Positions 8,407 through 16,530 of a DNA stretch of 34,363 bases are shown in pieces. A program made the translations under genes and the position numbers. The notes beneath the pieces were generated by a model. The model saw only the letters and a program-made list of their open reading frames with translations. It made no database searches and was not told the origin of the DNA. This DNA is from Christensenellales bacterium (lineage in GTDB: Bacteria; Bacillota; Clostridia; Christensenellales; SZUA-584): positions 1-34,363 of the forward strand of contig JBMNOT010000003.1 of the NCBI GenBank assembly GCA_050943225.1, given 5' to 3'. Position 1 is the first letter of the stretch, and each line of letters opens with the position of its first letter.

Positions 8407-11400
8407 ATGGATATGGTAATGGAGAAAATTGGCGCGTTGAAAGAGGAGAGGTCTTTCAAGAACCTTTACTCGATCATATGCAGCCATGGCGACGCCGTTG
8501 CGGTGGAGTACCAGGAAGATGGCGAAATTCGCAAACTCACATATGCCGACTATGAGCGCATTTCAGTGGTCGCTGCGGATAAACTGTCCCGCCTGTTGGA
8601 CGGCACCGAGAAGAATACGTTTGTGGCGCTGCGGCTGCCCAACAGCCCGCTTTGGCCCGTGGCTTTCTGGGCGATCATTATGGCCGGTTACCGGCCGCTG
8701 CTGGTGGACGCAAATGCGGACGATGCGGCGGTGATACATATACTGCGCCAGGCCGGATCGCGCACCATCGTGACGGATTCGCCGGTGAACGTGGGCGGTG
8801 TGAAGGTGATCAAGGCTGATTCGTTCCTCAGCCTGGATGCACAGACCACTTCTTATATCCCCGTGTTTGGCGACGCCATCGCGCTGTGCACTTCGGGTAC
8901 CACCGCGACGCCCAAAGTCTACGTATACAAGGAAGATGCCATCTGCGAGCAGGTACTGCTTGCCGAGTACATCTATCAGAACAACCAGGACATCATCCAT
9001 AACGGGTCCATCAAGCAGCTGGCGTTTCTGCCATTCCACCATATATTTGGCCTGATTGCCGTGTATTTGTGGTATACGTTTTTCGGCAAGACAATCGTCT
9101 ATATCAAAAACCGCACTGCGGATGTGATACTCTCGGCCTGCAAGGAACACAAGGTGACGCATATTTACGCCGTGCCGCTGCTGTGGAACAACGTGGCCAA
9201 GGGTATAGTGCGCAAGGCAAAGCTGCAAGGCGAAGAGGTTTACGACAAGCTGATGAACGCCAGCGACCTTAGCATAAAGCTGCAGAGGCGTCTGGGCAAG
9301 ACGGGCCGCAAGCTGGTTTCCAAGCTGTTCTTCAAGGACCTGCAGCAAAAACTGGTGGGCGACAGCATCCAGTTTATGATCAGCGGCGGCGGGCATATCC
9401 AGCCGGAAACGCTCAAGATCATCAACTCGATAGGTTACCCGCTGGTGACCGGCTTCGGCATGACGGAAACGGGCATCGATTCGGTGGAACTGTCGGACGA
9501 CATCGACAGGAAGCTGGACGCCAGCGTGGGCAAGCCATTTGCGCCGATGCAGTACCGCATTGTTTACGAGCGCCCGGGTGACAAGACAGGCGAGCTGCAG
9601 ATATACGGCAAGGCGATGCATTCGGGCCGCATGGTGGACGGTGTGTATATTCCGCGCGAAGACGGCTGGTTTTCCACCGGGGATATTGCGCGCGAGGAGA
9701 ACGGGCGTTTTTACATCGAAGGCCGCTTAAAGGACGTAATCGTGGACGAATCCGGCGAGAACGTGTATCCCGACGAGCTGGAGGACAGCTTTTCAGAGCT
9801 GCCGTACGTGGAGCATATGTGCGTGGCCGGCATTGCGACCAAGGGCGTGTACGACGACATCGCGCTGGTCGTCTATTTGGGCGAGCACACCGGCTCTGCC
9901 GAAAAAACCAGCGAGCTTATCGCGGAGATCGTGCGCATCAACGGCCTTTTGCCCATCTATAAGAAACTGAGGCGCGCGTACATTTCGCTGGACCCGCTGC
10001 CGCTGGCCAACGGTATCAAGGTGCGCCGGCAGAAAGTGAAGGAAGCGCTGGAGCGTGGTCAGGGCCGATTCCAGGAGATCGATGTGCGCGGCGGCGTCAT
10101 CAAGGATGCCGTGAAGCCGGAGCCGGGTCAGCCTGCCGCAAACGGCGTGGTATATAACGGCGCCGAGTATCAGGAGATCAAGGAAAAGGTGCGCCAGATA
10201 TTTGCGGAAGTACTGGGCGTGGAACCTTCTTCCATCAAGGATACCGACCATTTCGTGGAGGACCTGGGCGGCGACAGCCTGTCCAGCCTGGGCGTTTTCT
10301 CCAAAGCGGAGGAGATGTACGGCATCATCATTCCGGATACCGAGTATTTCTCCTGCGCCACGGTGGAGGACTTTGCCAAGCTGCTGTACCGCAAGCTCAA
10401 CAATCTGGAGGCCAAGGCGCCGGAGACGCGGCGCGAAGCAGTGCGCAGGATTACCGATTTCCGCTCGTCACGTGAATACGCCGAATACGCGCAGCGCCGC
10501 CTGAGCATGCAAGACGCGGGCATCAAGGACCCCTATTTCGTGGCGCACGATTCGGTGCTGAGCGATACTTCCATTGTGGCGGGCCGCGAAGTGATCAACC
10601 TGGCGTCGTATAACTACGTGGGCATGTCGGGTCACCCGCGTACGGTAGAAGCTGCCAAGAAGGCGATCGATATGTACGGCACGTCGGCTTCCGGTTCGCG
10701 GCTGATCGCTGGGGAGAAAACGCTGTACCGTGAACTGGAGAAAGTGATTGCTCAGTGGAAGCACACCGACGACGTGCTGGTGATGGTGGGCGGCCATTCC
10801 ACCAACGTCACGTTCGTGGGCAATTTCTGCAACGAGCACGACCTGATACTCTACGACGCGCTGTCGCACAACTCCATCCTGCAGGGCTGCCAGCTCTCGA
10901 GAAGCGACACCAAGGCTTTTCCGCACAACGATATCGACGCGCTGGAGCACCTTTTGAAGGCAGCGCGCGACAAATACGAGAAAATCCTTATCGTCGTGGA
11001 AGGCGTGTATTCGATGGACGGCGACATCGCGCCCATTCCGGATTTTGTGGCGCTCAAAAAGAAATACGGCGCTTTCCTGATGGTGGATGAAGCGCACTCC
11101 AGCTGCGTGATCGGCAAACACGGCGGCGGCGTGGACGACTATTTCGACCTGCTTCCCGGAGACATCGACATTAAGATGGGTACGCTCTCCAAGGGCCTCG
11201 GCACGTGCGGCGGATATATCGCCGGCGAGCAGAGCCTTATCGACTACCTGCGCTACTCGCTGCCCGGCTTTATGTTCTCCGTGGGCATCAGCCCGCCGCT
11301 GGCCGCTGCGGCGCTGGAGGCCGTTAAGATCATGATGGAGGGCAATCCGCGCGTTGCGGCGCTGCATGAAAACATCAAGTATTTTGTGGAAGGCGCCAAG

Positions 11401-11667
11401 CGGCGCGGCTTTGACACCTGCCTGGCCAAGGAGACGGCGATCATCCCGATCATGGTGGGCGAGGACAACGATGCGTACGAGCTGTCCACGCTGATGCTGG
11501 AGCACGGCGTGTTCGTGCCGCCTGCGGTCTACCCGGCGGTGCCCCGCCATCAGGCGCGGCTGCGGTTCTGCGTGATCAGCGAACACAAGAAGGAACAGCT
11601 GGACTACGCGCTGGATACGCTGGACAAGCTGTTCGCACAGAAAGGGATATTCAAACAGATAAGATAA
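8407..11667 (+). CDS. Tri-domain protein: long-chain acyl-adenylate-forming domain + acyl carrier protein + PLP-dependent alpha-oxoamine synthase (SPT/AONS family)
   Basis: Adenylation motifs CTSGTTATPK, FLPFHH, GFGMTE, WFSTGD, GRLKDVI..GENVYP. ACP motif DLGGDSL (Ser624). AOS motifs NLASYNYVG, SASGSR, EGVYSMDGD, VDEAHS, GTLSK (Lys929), ARLRF. SD GGAGG. Confidence 0.9.
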   Translation: MDMVMEKIGALKEERSFKNLYSIICSHGDAVAVEYQEDGEIRKLTYADYERISVVAADKLSRLLDGTEKNTFVALRLPNSPLWPVAFWAIIMAGYRPLLVDANADDAAVIHILRQAGSRTIVTDSPVNVGGVKVIKADSFLSLDAQTTSYIPVFGDAIALCTSGTTATPKVYVYKEDAICEQVLLAEYIYQNNQDIIHNGSIKQLAFLPFHHIFGLIAVYLWYTFFGKTIVYIKNRTADVILSACKEHKVTHIYAVPLLWNNVAKGIVRKAKLQGEEVYDKLMNASDLSIKLQRRLGKTGRKLVSKLFFKDLQQKLVGDSIQFMISGGGHIQPETLKIINSIGYPLVTGFGMTETGIDSVELSDDIDRKLDASVGKPFAPMQYRIVYERPGDKTGELQIYGKAMHSGRMVDGVYIPREDGWFSTGDIAREENGRFYIEGRLKDVIVDESGENVYPDELEDSFSELPYVEHMCVAGIATKGVYDDIALVVYLGEHTGSAEKTSELIAEIVRINGLLPIYKKLRRAYISLDPLPLANGIKVRRQKVKEALERGQGRFQEIDVRGGVIKDAVKPEPGQPAANGVVYNGAEYQEIKEKVRQIFAEVLGVEPSSIKDTDHFVEDLGGDSLSSLGVFSKAEEMYGIIIPDTEYFSCATVEDFAKLLYRKLNNLEAKAPETRREAVRRITDFRSSREYAEYAQRRLSMQDAGIKDPYFVAHDSVLSDTSIVAGREVINLASYNYVGMSGHPRTVEAAKKAIDMYGTSASGSRLIAGEKTLYRELEKVIAQWKHTDDVLVMVGGHSTNVTFVGNFCNEHDLILYDALSHNSILQGCQLSRSDTKAFPHNDIDALEHLLKAARDKYEKILIVVEGVYSMDGDIAPIPDFVALKKKYGAFLMVDEAHSSCVIGKHGGGVDDYFDLLPGDIDIKMGTLSKGLGTCGGYIAGEQSLIDYLRYSLPGFMFSVGISPPLAAAALEAVKIMMEGNPRVAALHENIKYFVEGAKRRGFDTCLAKETAIIPIMVGEDNDAYELSTLMLEHGVFVPPAVYPAVPRHQARLRFCVISEHKKEQLDYALDTLDKLFAQKGIFKQIR

Positions 11668-11680
11668 TGAAGGTGAAGTT

Positions 11681-12661
11681 ATGAAGGTGTTGGTTTCAGG
11701 CGGCGCCGGCTATATCGGCAGCCACGTGGTCAGGCAGCTTCAGCGCAGCGGCCATGAGGCGGTGGTGCTGGACAATCTGTCCAAAGGCCACCGGCAGGCC
11801 GTGCGGGATGCCATTTTGGTGGAGACGGACCTGCTGGACAAGGCCGGGCTTGCCCGCTGCTTTGCCGAGCACCGCGTGGACGCGGTGATGCACTTCGCGG
11901 CGCGCAGCCTTGTGGGCGAGTCCATGCAGATGCCGTACGAATACTACGAGAACAATGTGGTCGGCAGCCTGAATCTGGTTAAGGCCGCGATGGACGCGGG
12001 CGTGGACAAGTTTATTTTCTCGTCCACGGCGGCGGTGTACGGCGAGCCGGATGAAGTTCCGATACCGGAGACTGCTCCCAAAGCGCCGCTCAACGTGTAC
12101 GGCAGGACCAAGCTGATGATCGAGAACATGCTGGAGGACTTCTCCAATATATACGGCCTGCGTTACAAGGCGCTGCGCTATTTCAACGCGGCGGGTGCGG
12201 ACGCGGAGGGCGATATCGGAGAGGACCATACTCCCGAGACGCACCTCGTGCCCATCATATTCCAGTATGTGAACGGGCGGCGCGACAGGTTGTGCGTGTT
12301 TGGCGACGACTACGACACGCCGGACGGCACCTGCATCCGCGACTATGTTCACGTGACCGACCTTGCGGACGCGCACCTGCTGGCGCTGGAGGACCTTGCG
12401 CGCGGCGGCGAAAGCTGTGCGTACAACCTGGGCAGCGAGGCGGGCTATTCCGTGCTGGAGATCATCCGCGCCGCATCCGAGGTGGTGGGGCGGCCCATCG
12501 ATTACGACATTGCTCCGCGACGCCCGGGCGACCCGGCGAAACTGGTGGCGTCGTCCGCGAAGATCAAAGCGGAACTGGGCTGGCAGCCGCGCTTCGGCAT
12601 CCGCGATATACTCGCCAGCGCGTGGCGGTTTCACAAGGCCCATCCCGACGGATACAGATAA
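11681..12661 (+). CDS. galE: UDP-glucose 4-epimerase
   Basis: GGAGYIGSH, FSSTAAVYG, YGRTK, LRYFNAAGA, IGEDH.PETHL, FGDDYDTPDGTCIRDYVHV, RRPGDP. Confidence 0.93.
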   Translation: MKVLVSGGAGYIGSHVVRQLQRSGHEAVVLDNLSKGHRQAVRDAILVETDLLDKAGLARCFAEHRVDAVMHFAARSLVGESMQMPYEYYENNVVGSLNLVKAAMDAGVDKFIFSSTAAVYGEPDEVPIPETAPKAPLNVYGRTKLMIENMLEDFSNIYGLRYKALRYFNAAGADAEGDIGEDHTPETHLVPIIFQYVNGRRDRLCVFGDDYDTPDGTCIRDYVHVTDLADAHLLALEDLARGGESCAYNLGSEAGYSVLEIIRAASEVVGRPIDYDIAPRRPGDPAKLVASSAKIKAELGWQPRFGIRDILASAWRFHKAHPDGYR

Positions 12662-12672
12662 TGAAATAACGC

Positions 12673-12708
12673 AAAAGCCCAAACCGGATTCTCGGTGCGG
12701 GCTTTTTT
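12673..12708 (+). terminator. Intrinsic terminator after galE
   Basis: AAAAGCCC-AAACCG..CGGTGC-GGGCTTTTTT hairpin with a U-tract. Confidence 0.75.
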
Positions 12709-12743
12709 GTTTTGCGTGCAATCAGGCTCACACGCCGCGAACG

Positions 12744-12772
12744 TCACATAATCGGGCAGGGCTGAATACATT
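12744..12772 (+). promoter_or_regulatory. Candidate mother-cell (sigma-E/sigma-K-like) promoter
   Basis: TCACATA-N14-AATACATT resembles sigma-E TCATATT-N14-CATACAnT, and also fits sigma-K CACA-N16-CATAnnnT. Confidence 0.4.
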
Positions 12773-12814
12773 GGAATATGCGAAGCCGATTTTCTATACG
12801 AGGAGGCAATTGGT

Positions 12815-13375
12815 ATGGCAGAGATCAGGGTGCCTTTCTGCGCGACCACGGAGCTTACGCCGCCCTTTACGTTGGATGAAACTTATTCGGAACCCAATGG
12901 CGTGAAAAGCGTGCTGTTTGACACCAGCCGCCTTAAAATTGCGTGCAGGGTGGAGCCGGTAGAGGTGCCGGGCATCGGAGAAGTCAGCGTGGGCATTTAC
13001 CACCTGATAGGCACCATATCCTATATATGCAACGCCTTTCCGGTGGTGCGCAGCAAAGAGACCCACAGCATTGAGCAGCAGACGGCAACGTTTAACGCGG
13101 ACTTGGGCAACGAGGCGTCGGCATGCGTGGTGCCTTCGGCGTCTGCGCCGCAGGGCTGGATATCAGCGGCCGGCTTTGTCAGCGTGGACGCGCCGGTGGG
13201 CGGCAGCTGCAGCATGGAAAAGCCGCCCGTCGTGGAAGAGGTGACGGTGGACGATCTGGCGGTATCGGTCAACACGAGCGACGGCATGGCTCCCACCTGC
13301 ATTGACTCGTGCGGTGAAGAGGAAAAGCATGTGGTCAAGTGGCGCGGGTGCTTTGTCATCAAAACCGGGAATTAA
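12815..13375 (+). CDS. Cys-containing hypothetical protein, probably spore coat/exosporium related (resembles Bacillus thuringiensis P19/Orf1-type proteins)
   Basis: SD GAGGAGG; 8 Cys; motif order VPFC..FD.S.L..G.V.V....L.G.ISY..N..V.VD..VTV.DL..HVVKW.G.F. The family resemblance is from memory. Confidence 0.55.
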   Translation: MAEIRVPFCATTELTPPFTLDETYSEPNGVKSVLFDTSRLKIACRVEPVEVPGIGEVSVGIYHLIGTISYICNAFPVVRSKETHSIEQQTATFNADLGNEASACVVPSASAPQGWISAAGFVSVDAPVGGSCSMEKPPVVEEVTVDDLAVSVNTSDGMAPTCIDSCGEEEKHVVKWRGCFVIKTGN

Positions 13376-13384
13376 CAAAAACAG

Positions 13385-13414
13385 GCCTAACTTGGGCTCT
13401 TTCCGTGCATAATA
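13385..13414 (+). promoter_or_regulatory. Candidate forespore sigma-G-like promoter
   Basis: GCCTA-N18-CATAATA versus consensus GnATA-N18-CATAnTA. Confidence 0.4.
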
Positions 13415-13445
13415 AAGGCAAGAATGCATGGAAGGAGATTTTAGC

Positions 13446-13607
13446 ATGGCAAAAGCGGGAATGCGCCGTCCGAACCCCAAAGAGCCGCACGGCACTGAGA
13501 GCAATAAAAGGCAGAACTTTCCGCACAACGAAGTGAGACCCGTGCCTGAGATTCAGGGACGGGCAAAAACGGGCAATGCCAAAGCGGGCAAACAACATAA
13601 GCCATAG
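13446..13607 (+). CDS. Small basic hydrophilic protein, 53 aa (below the ORF-track cutoff)
   Basis: SD AAGGAG upstream of ATG 13446. MAKAGMRRPNPKEPHGTESNKRQNFPHNEVRPVPEIQGRAKTGNAKAGKQHKP, stop TAG 13605-13607. Confidence 0.7.
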   Translation: MAKAGMRRPNPKEPHGTESNKRQNFPHNEVRPVPEIQGRAKTGNAKAGKQHKP

Positions 13608-13720
13608 CGCAGAGCCAATACGCCTCGGGGCCTGTCACCACCGGCAGGCCTTTTGACTGTGCTATAAGCCGCCGGCAGCGTGATGACAGGACCGACCAAT
13701 CCACATGACGGAGGGTGGAA

Positions 13721-14356
13721 ATGATCAGATTACATAACCAAACCGCCGCCCGGATGACATATGCCGTGCCGCCTGTTGTGCAGCGGCCCGAATGGATCAC
13801 AACCCGCCAGAAATGCCCGCTGATCTGGGAGATCAGCAGCGCGCCGGTGGGTACGGCAGATGAGGAAAAGGAAGCCTTAGATGCAGCGCTGCAGGAGACG
13901 GCAGACGAGACTGCCGAGGTGCAGCCAGAGGAATCCGGGCTGCGCGCATACGGCTGCGCATATCACGGCACCGCCCAGCGTCTGACGGTATCCCGGCCGG
14001 GAGAGCGCGTGAGAGTGCGGTTCGGCAGCCATAGCTGCTTAAAGCGCATGGGCCACGCCGAGGACGGCGCCGGGCTTGTCGTGCAAGAAGCGGGCGATTA
14101 CGAAATCACGTTTGAGCTGTGTGCCGCTGTGAAGGCTGCGTCGCCCATCACGTTTGAGCTGGCGGCGGGAGAGGAGAAGGTACCCGGCGGCACAGTCACC
14201 GCCATCTTGCCCGGCGGCATCCGGCAATACTGCTGCAGCGTGATGGCCCCGCTGCGGGCAGGCGACTGCGTCGGCGTTGTGATGACGTCCGCATCGGTCT
14301 GTGGGGCGGAATTTACAGCAAACGGCGCCAGGCTGATGATAAAAAAGCTGGATTAG
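13721..14356 (+). CDS. Hypothetical protein with C-terminal BclA_C/C1q-like beta-sandwich; possible exosporium protein
   Basis: SD GGAGG before ATG 13721. Pattern LVVQEAGDYEITF..LRAGDCVGVVM..ARLMIKKLD is typical of BclA C-terminal-like domains. No collagen repeat. Confidence 0.55.
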   Translation: MIRLHNQTAARMTYAVPPVVQRPEWITTRQKCPLIWEISSAPVGTADEEKEALDAALQETADETAEVQPEESGLRAYGCAYHGTAQRLTVSRPGERVRVRFGSHSCLKRMGHAEDGAGLVVQEAGDYEITFELCAAVKAASPITFELAAGEEKVPGGTVTAILPGGIRQYCCSVMAPLRAGDCVGVVMTSASVCGAEFTANGARLMIKKLD

Positions 14357-14550
14357 CCCGCCAGTACGGCTGTTTTAACATGCCGGCGAAGCGCGCATTG
14401 GCCGTTGTGCGGCTCTTCCGGTACGCTGGAAGTCATGCTGTTGCAAGGCGTTACGCGGCAGACGCCGCAGTGGGGCGGCCATTGGGACAAGCTGTCCGGC
14501 TGGCATTTTCGCGCAGGGGCCGCGCAAACAGCACGTTCCAGGAAATAGGA

Positions 14551-14578
14551 ACGGCGGCGCCGGAAAAAGCGCCGCCGT
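14551..14578. terminator. GC-rich hairpin between convergent genes (likely terminator of oadB-oadG)
   Basis: Perfect 10-bp inverted repeat ACGGCGGCGC-N8-GCGCCGCCGT; the minus strand continues TCCTATTT. Confidence 0.6.
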
Positions 14579-14623
14579 AACAAGACAGGGTATATCTGTT
14601 CTTAAACTGCTGTGCGCGGGAGA

Positions 14624-14767
14624 TCAGCTTTCCTCTTCCTTGGACGGCCAAAGCTTTGCCATCAGCTTGATGACGACATAGAACAGAGCCAACACCCCGA
14701 ACACCACGCCGACACCAATCAGCATATATTCCGCACCGGTAGCAATCATATCAGATACTGTCATCAT
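14624..14767 (-). CDS. OadG-like small membrane subunit of a Na+-translocating decarboxylase, 47 aa (not in the ORF track)
   Basis: SD AAAGGAGG. MMTVSDMIATGAEYMLIGVGVVFGVLALFYVVIKLMAKLWPSKEEES has one TM helix with GVGVVF.VL and starts 10 nt after the oadB stop. Confidence 0.8.
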   Translation of the reverse strand: MMTVSDMIATGAEYMLIGVGVVFGVLALFYVVIKLMAKLWPSKEEES

Positions 14768-14777
14768 ATAGCCTCCT

Positions 14778-15908
14778 TTAGCTGAGCAGCGAGATCAGCA
14801 CCGCGCCGGCTATGATGGAGCCCACCTGGCCGGAAACGTTGGCGCCGATAGCCGGCATCAGTATGAAATTGGACGGGTCTTCTTTCTGCGCAATTTTCTG
14901 AACGACGCGCGCCGACATCGGGAAAGCCGAGATGCCTGCAGCGCCAATCATCGGGTTTATCTTCTTCTTCAGGAACAGGTTGATGAACTTGGCGAACAGC
15001 ACGCCGCCCGCCGTGTCGAACACGAACGCGAGCAGGCCGATCAGCAGTATGAGCAGCGTGTTCCATTGCAGGAACGCTTCGCCGGTCATCGAGGATCCGA
15101 TCGTGATGCCGAGCAGTATCGTGACCAGGTTGGCGAGCTCGTTCTGCGCGGCGGCCGACAGGCGCTTGAGCACGCCGCACTCGCGGATCAGGTTACCGAA
15201 CATCAGCGCGCCCACCAGCGGCACGCCCTCCGGGGCGACAAAGCCGACGACCAGCGTGACGATGATGGGGAACGCGATCAGCACGGGGCGCCGGATGGGC
15301 TTGCCGAAGTCGTTGTCCATGTGGATGCGGCGCTCCTTTTTGGTGGTAAGCGCACGGATCACCGGAGGCTGGATGATGGGCACTAGCGACATGTAGGAAT
15401 AAGCGGCCACCGACAGCGGCCCGATGTATTTGGGCGCAAACAGGTTGCCGACGAATATCGTCGTGGGGCCGTCCGCTGCGCCGATAATGCCCACCGCCGC
15501 GGCTTCCTGCAGGCTGAATATGCCAGGAATGATGCTGTTGGCGCATATCGCCAGCATCATCGCAGCGAATATGCCGAACTGGGCGGCCGCACCGAAGAAT
15601 ATCATCACCGGCTGCTTGAGCAGCGGCGAGAAGTCGATCATGGCGCCGATGCCGATGAATATCAGCAGCGGAAAGAGCTCGGTGGTGATGCCGGCGTTAT
15701 ACAACACTCTGAGAAATCCCGGGTTTTCCGGGGTGCCCAACACGGCGGCCAGCGGCAGGTTGACCAATATGCAGCCAAAACCTATGGGCAAAAGCAGCAT
15801 GGGCTCATATTCCTTCGTGATAGCCAGTATGATGAGGACCAGCCCCACCGCAATCATCACGAGGTTTTGCCATCCAAAACTGGTAAACGCTTCACGAAAT
15901 ATTTCCAT
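14778..15908 (-). CDS. oadB: Sodium ion-translocating decarboxylase, beta subunit (OadB/MmdB/GcdB family)
   Basis: YEPMLLLPIGFG, FPLLIFIGIGAMIDF, GAAAQFGIF, IIGAADGPT, AAYSYMSLVPIIQPP, NPMIGAAGISAFPMSARV, GANVSGQ. Confidence 0.93.
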   Translation of the reverse strand: MEIFREAFTSFGWQNLVMIAVGLVLIILAITKEYEPMLLLPIGFGCILVNLPLAAVLGTPENPGFLRVLYNAGITTELFPLLIFIGIGAMIDFSPLLKQPVMIFFGAAAQFGIFAAMMLAICANSIIPGIFSLQEAAAVGIIGAADGPTTIFVGNLFAPKYIGPLSVAAYSYMSLVPIIQPPVIRALTTKKERRIHMDNDFGKPIRRPVLIAFPIIVTLVVGFVAPEGVPLVGALMFGNLIRECGVLKRLSAAAQNELANLVTILLGITIGSSMTGEAFLQWNTLLILLIGLLAFVFDTAGGVLFAKFINLFLKKKINPMIGAAGISAFPMSARVVQKIAQKEDPSNFILMPAIGANVSGQVGSIIAGAVLISLLS

Positions 15909-15911
15909 CGA

Positions 15912-15990
15912 TATCGCCTTTCATGTGTTTGAGAGGCGGCCAGAGCCTGGTAGCCTAGTTTGGCAAACAGGGGCGTTGCCCGTTCACCGT
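15912..15990 (-). ncRNA. Candidate cis-regulatory leader / riboswitch (possibly Na+-sensing) upstream of oadB
   Basis: Two hairpins, GGUGAACGGG/CCUGUUUGCC and GGC-UA-CCAG/CUGG-CC-GCC, plus an alternative anti-SD stem CGCCUCUCA/UGAAAGGCG. Confidence 0.5.
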
Positions 15991-15994
15991 GGTC

Positions 15995-16024
15995 ATTATA
16001 TTGGAATTGCGTTTGCCCTGTCAA
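15995..16024 (-). promoter_or_regulatory. Sigma-A promoter of oadB
   Basis: Perfect hexamers TTGACA-N18-TATAAT on the minus strand. Confidence 0.8.
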
Positions 16025-16095
16025 TTGCAATTGTGTTTTTCCGGCCTGCAAAGGGGAATGACCTGTTAAAACTCATGGAAATTGAAAAAAAGGTA

Positions 16096-16147
16096 TTGAC
16101 AAAACAGGAGACAGAGTCTTATAGTTAGTTATATAAGCAGTTAACCA
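16096..16147 (+). promoter_or_regulatory. Sigma-A promoter and probable GntR operator
   Basis: TTGACA-N18-TATAGT (16096-16125), then the imperfect palindrome TAGTTA-N10-TAACCA (16126-16147). Confidence 0.6.
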
Positions 16148-16152
16148 GAGAG

Positions 16153-16530
16153 GTGATTTACATGGAGGTGGATTTCAGCGCGGACGTGCCCATTTTCCTC
16201 CAAGTTGCGGAGATGATCGAAAACACCGTTCTCTCTGGCGCGCTTAAGGAAGATGAGCAGGCGCCGTCCACGACCGAGATCTCCGTGCGCTGCAAGATCA
16301 ACCCGGCCACGGCTTTAAAGGGCATCACGCGGCTGGTGGATGAAGGGGTGCTCTACAAGAAGCGCGGCCTGGGTATGTACGTGGCAAAAGGCGCCCGGCA
16401 AAAAATACTGGAGAAAAGGCAGCAGCAGTTCTGCGAGAAATTCGTGCAGCCGCTTTTGCAGGAAGCGAAAAAGCTGGAGCTGTCTTACGAACAGCTGACG
16501 GAAATGATAAGGAGGGGCTATACACCATGA
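16153..16530 (+). CDS. GntR-family regulator (YtrA subfamily)
   Basis: PIFLQV..I..G.LK....PS.........INPAT..K....LVDEG.LYKKRGLGMYV; short C-terminus; precedes an ABC transporter. Start 16153 (GTG) or 16162. Confidence 0.9.
   Translation: MIYMEVDFSADVPIFLQVAEMIENTVLSGALKEDEQAPSTTEISVRCKINPATALKGITRLVDEGVLYKKRGLGMYVAKGARQKILEKRQQQFCEKFVQPLLQEAKKLELSYEQLTEMIRRGYTP

Noticed and set aside
10450-11667. Calling the fusion's PLP domain bioF (biotin synthesis)
   Set aside because: No bioA/B/D/W nearby, the partner domain resembles long-chain acyl-CoA ligases, and the motifs (DEAHS, GTLSK) differ from typical BioF. Not formally excluded.
11681-12661. galE as the 3-keto-sphingoid/ceramide reductase
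   Set aside because: It carries canonical GalE-specific motifs (GEDH.PETHL, DY.T.DGTCIRDY.HV), so UDP-sugar epimerase is the simpler call.
14353-14651. Short ORFs in the 14357-14623 gap
   Set aside because: No SD or recognisable features, and they cross the terminator hairpin.
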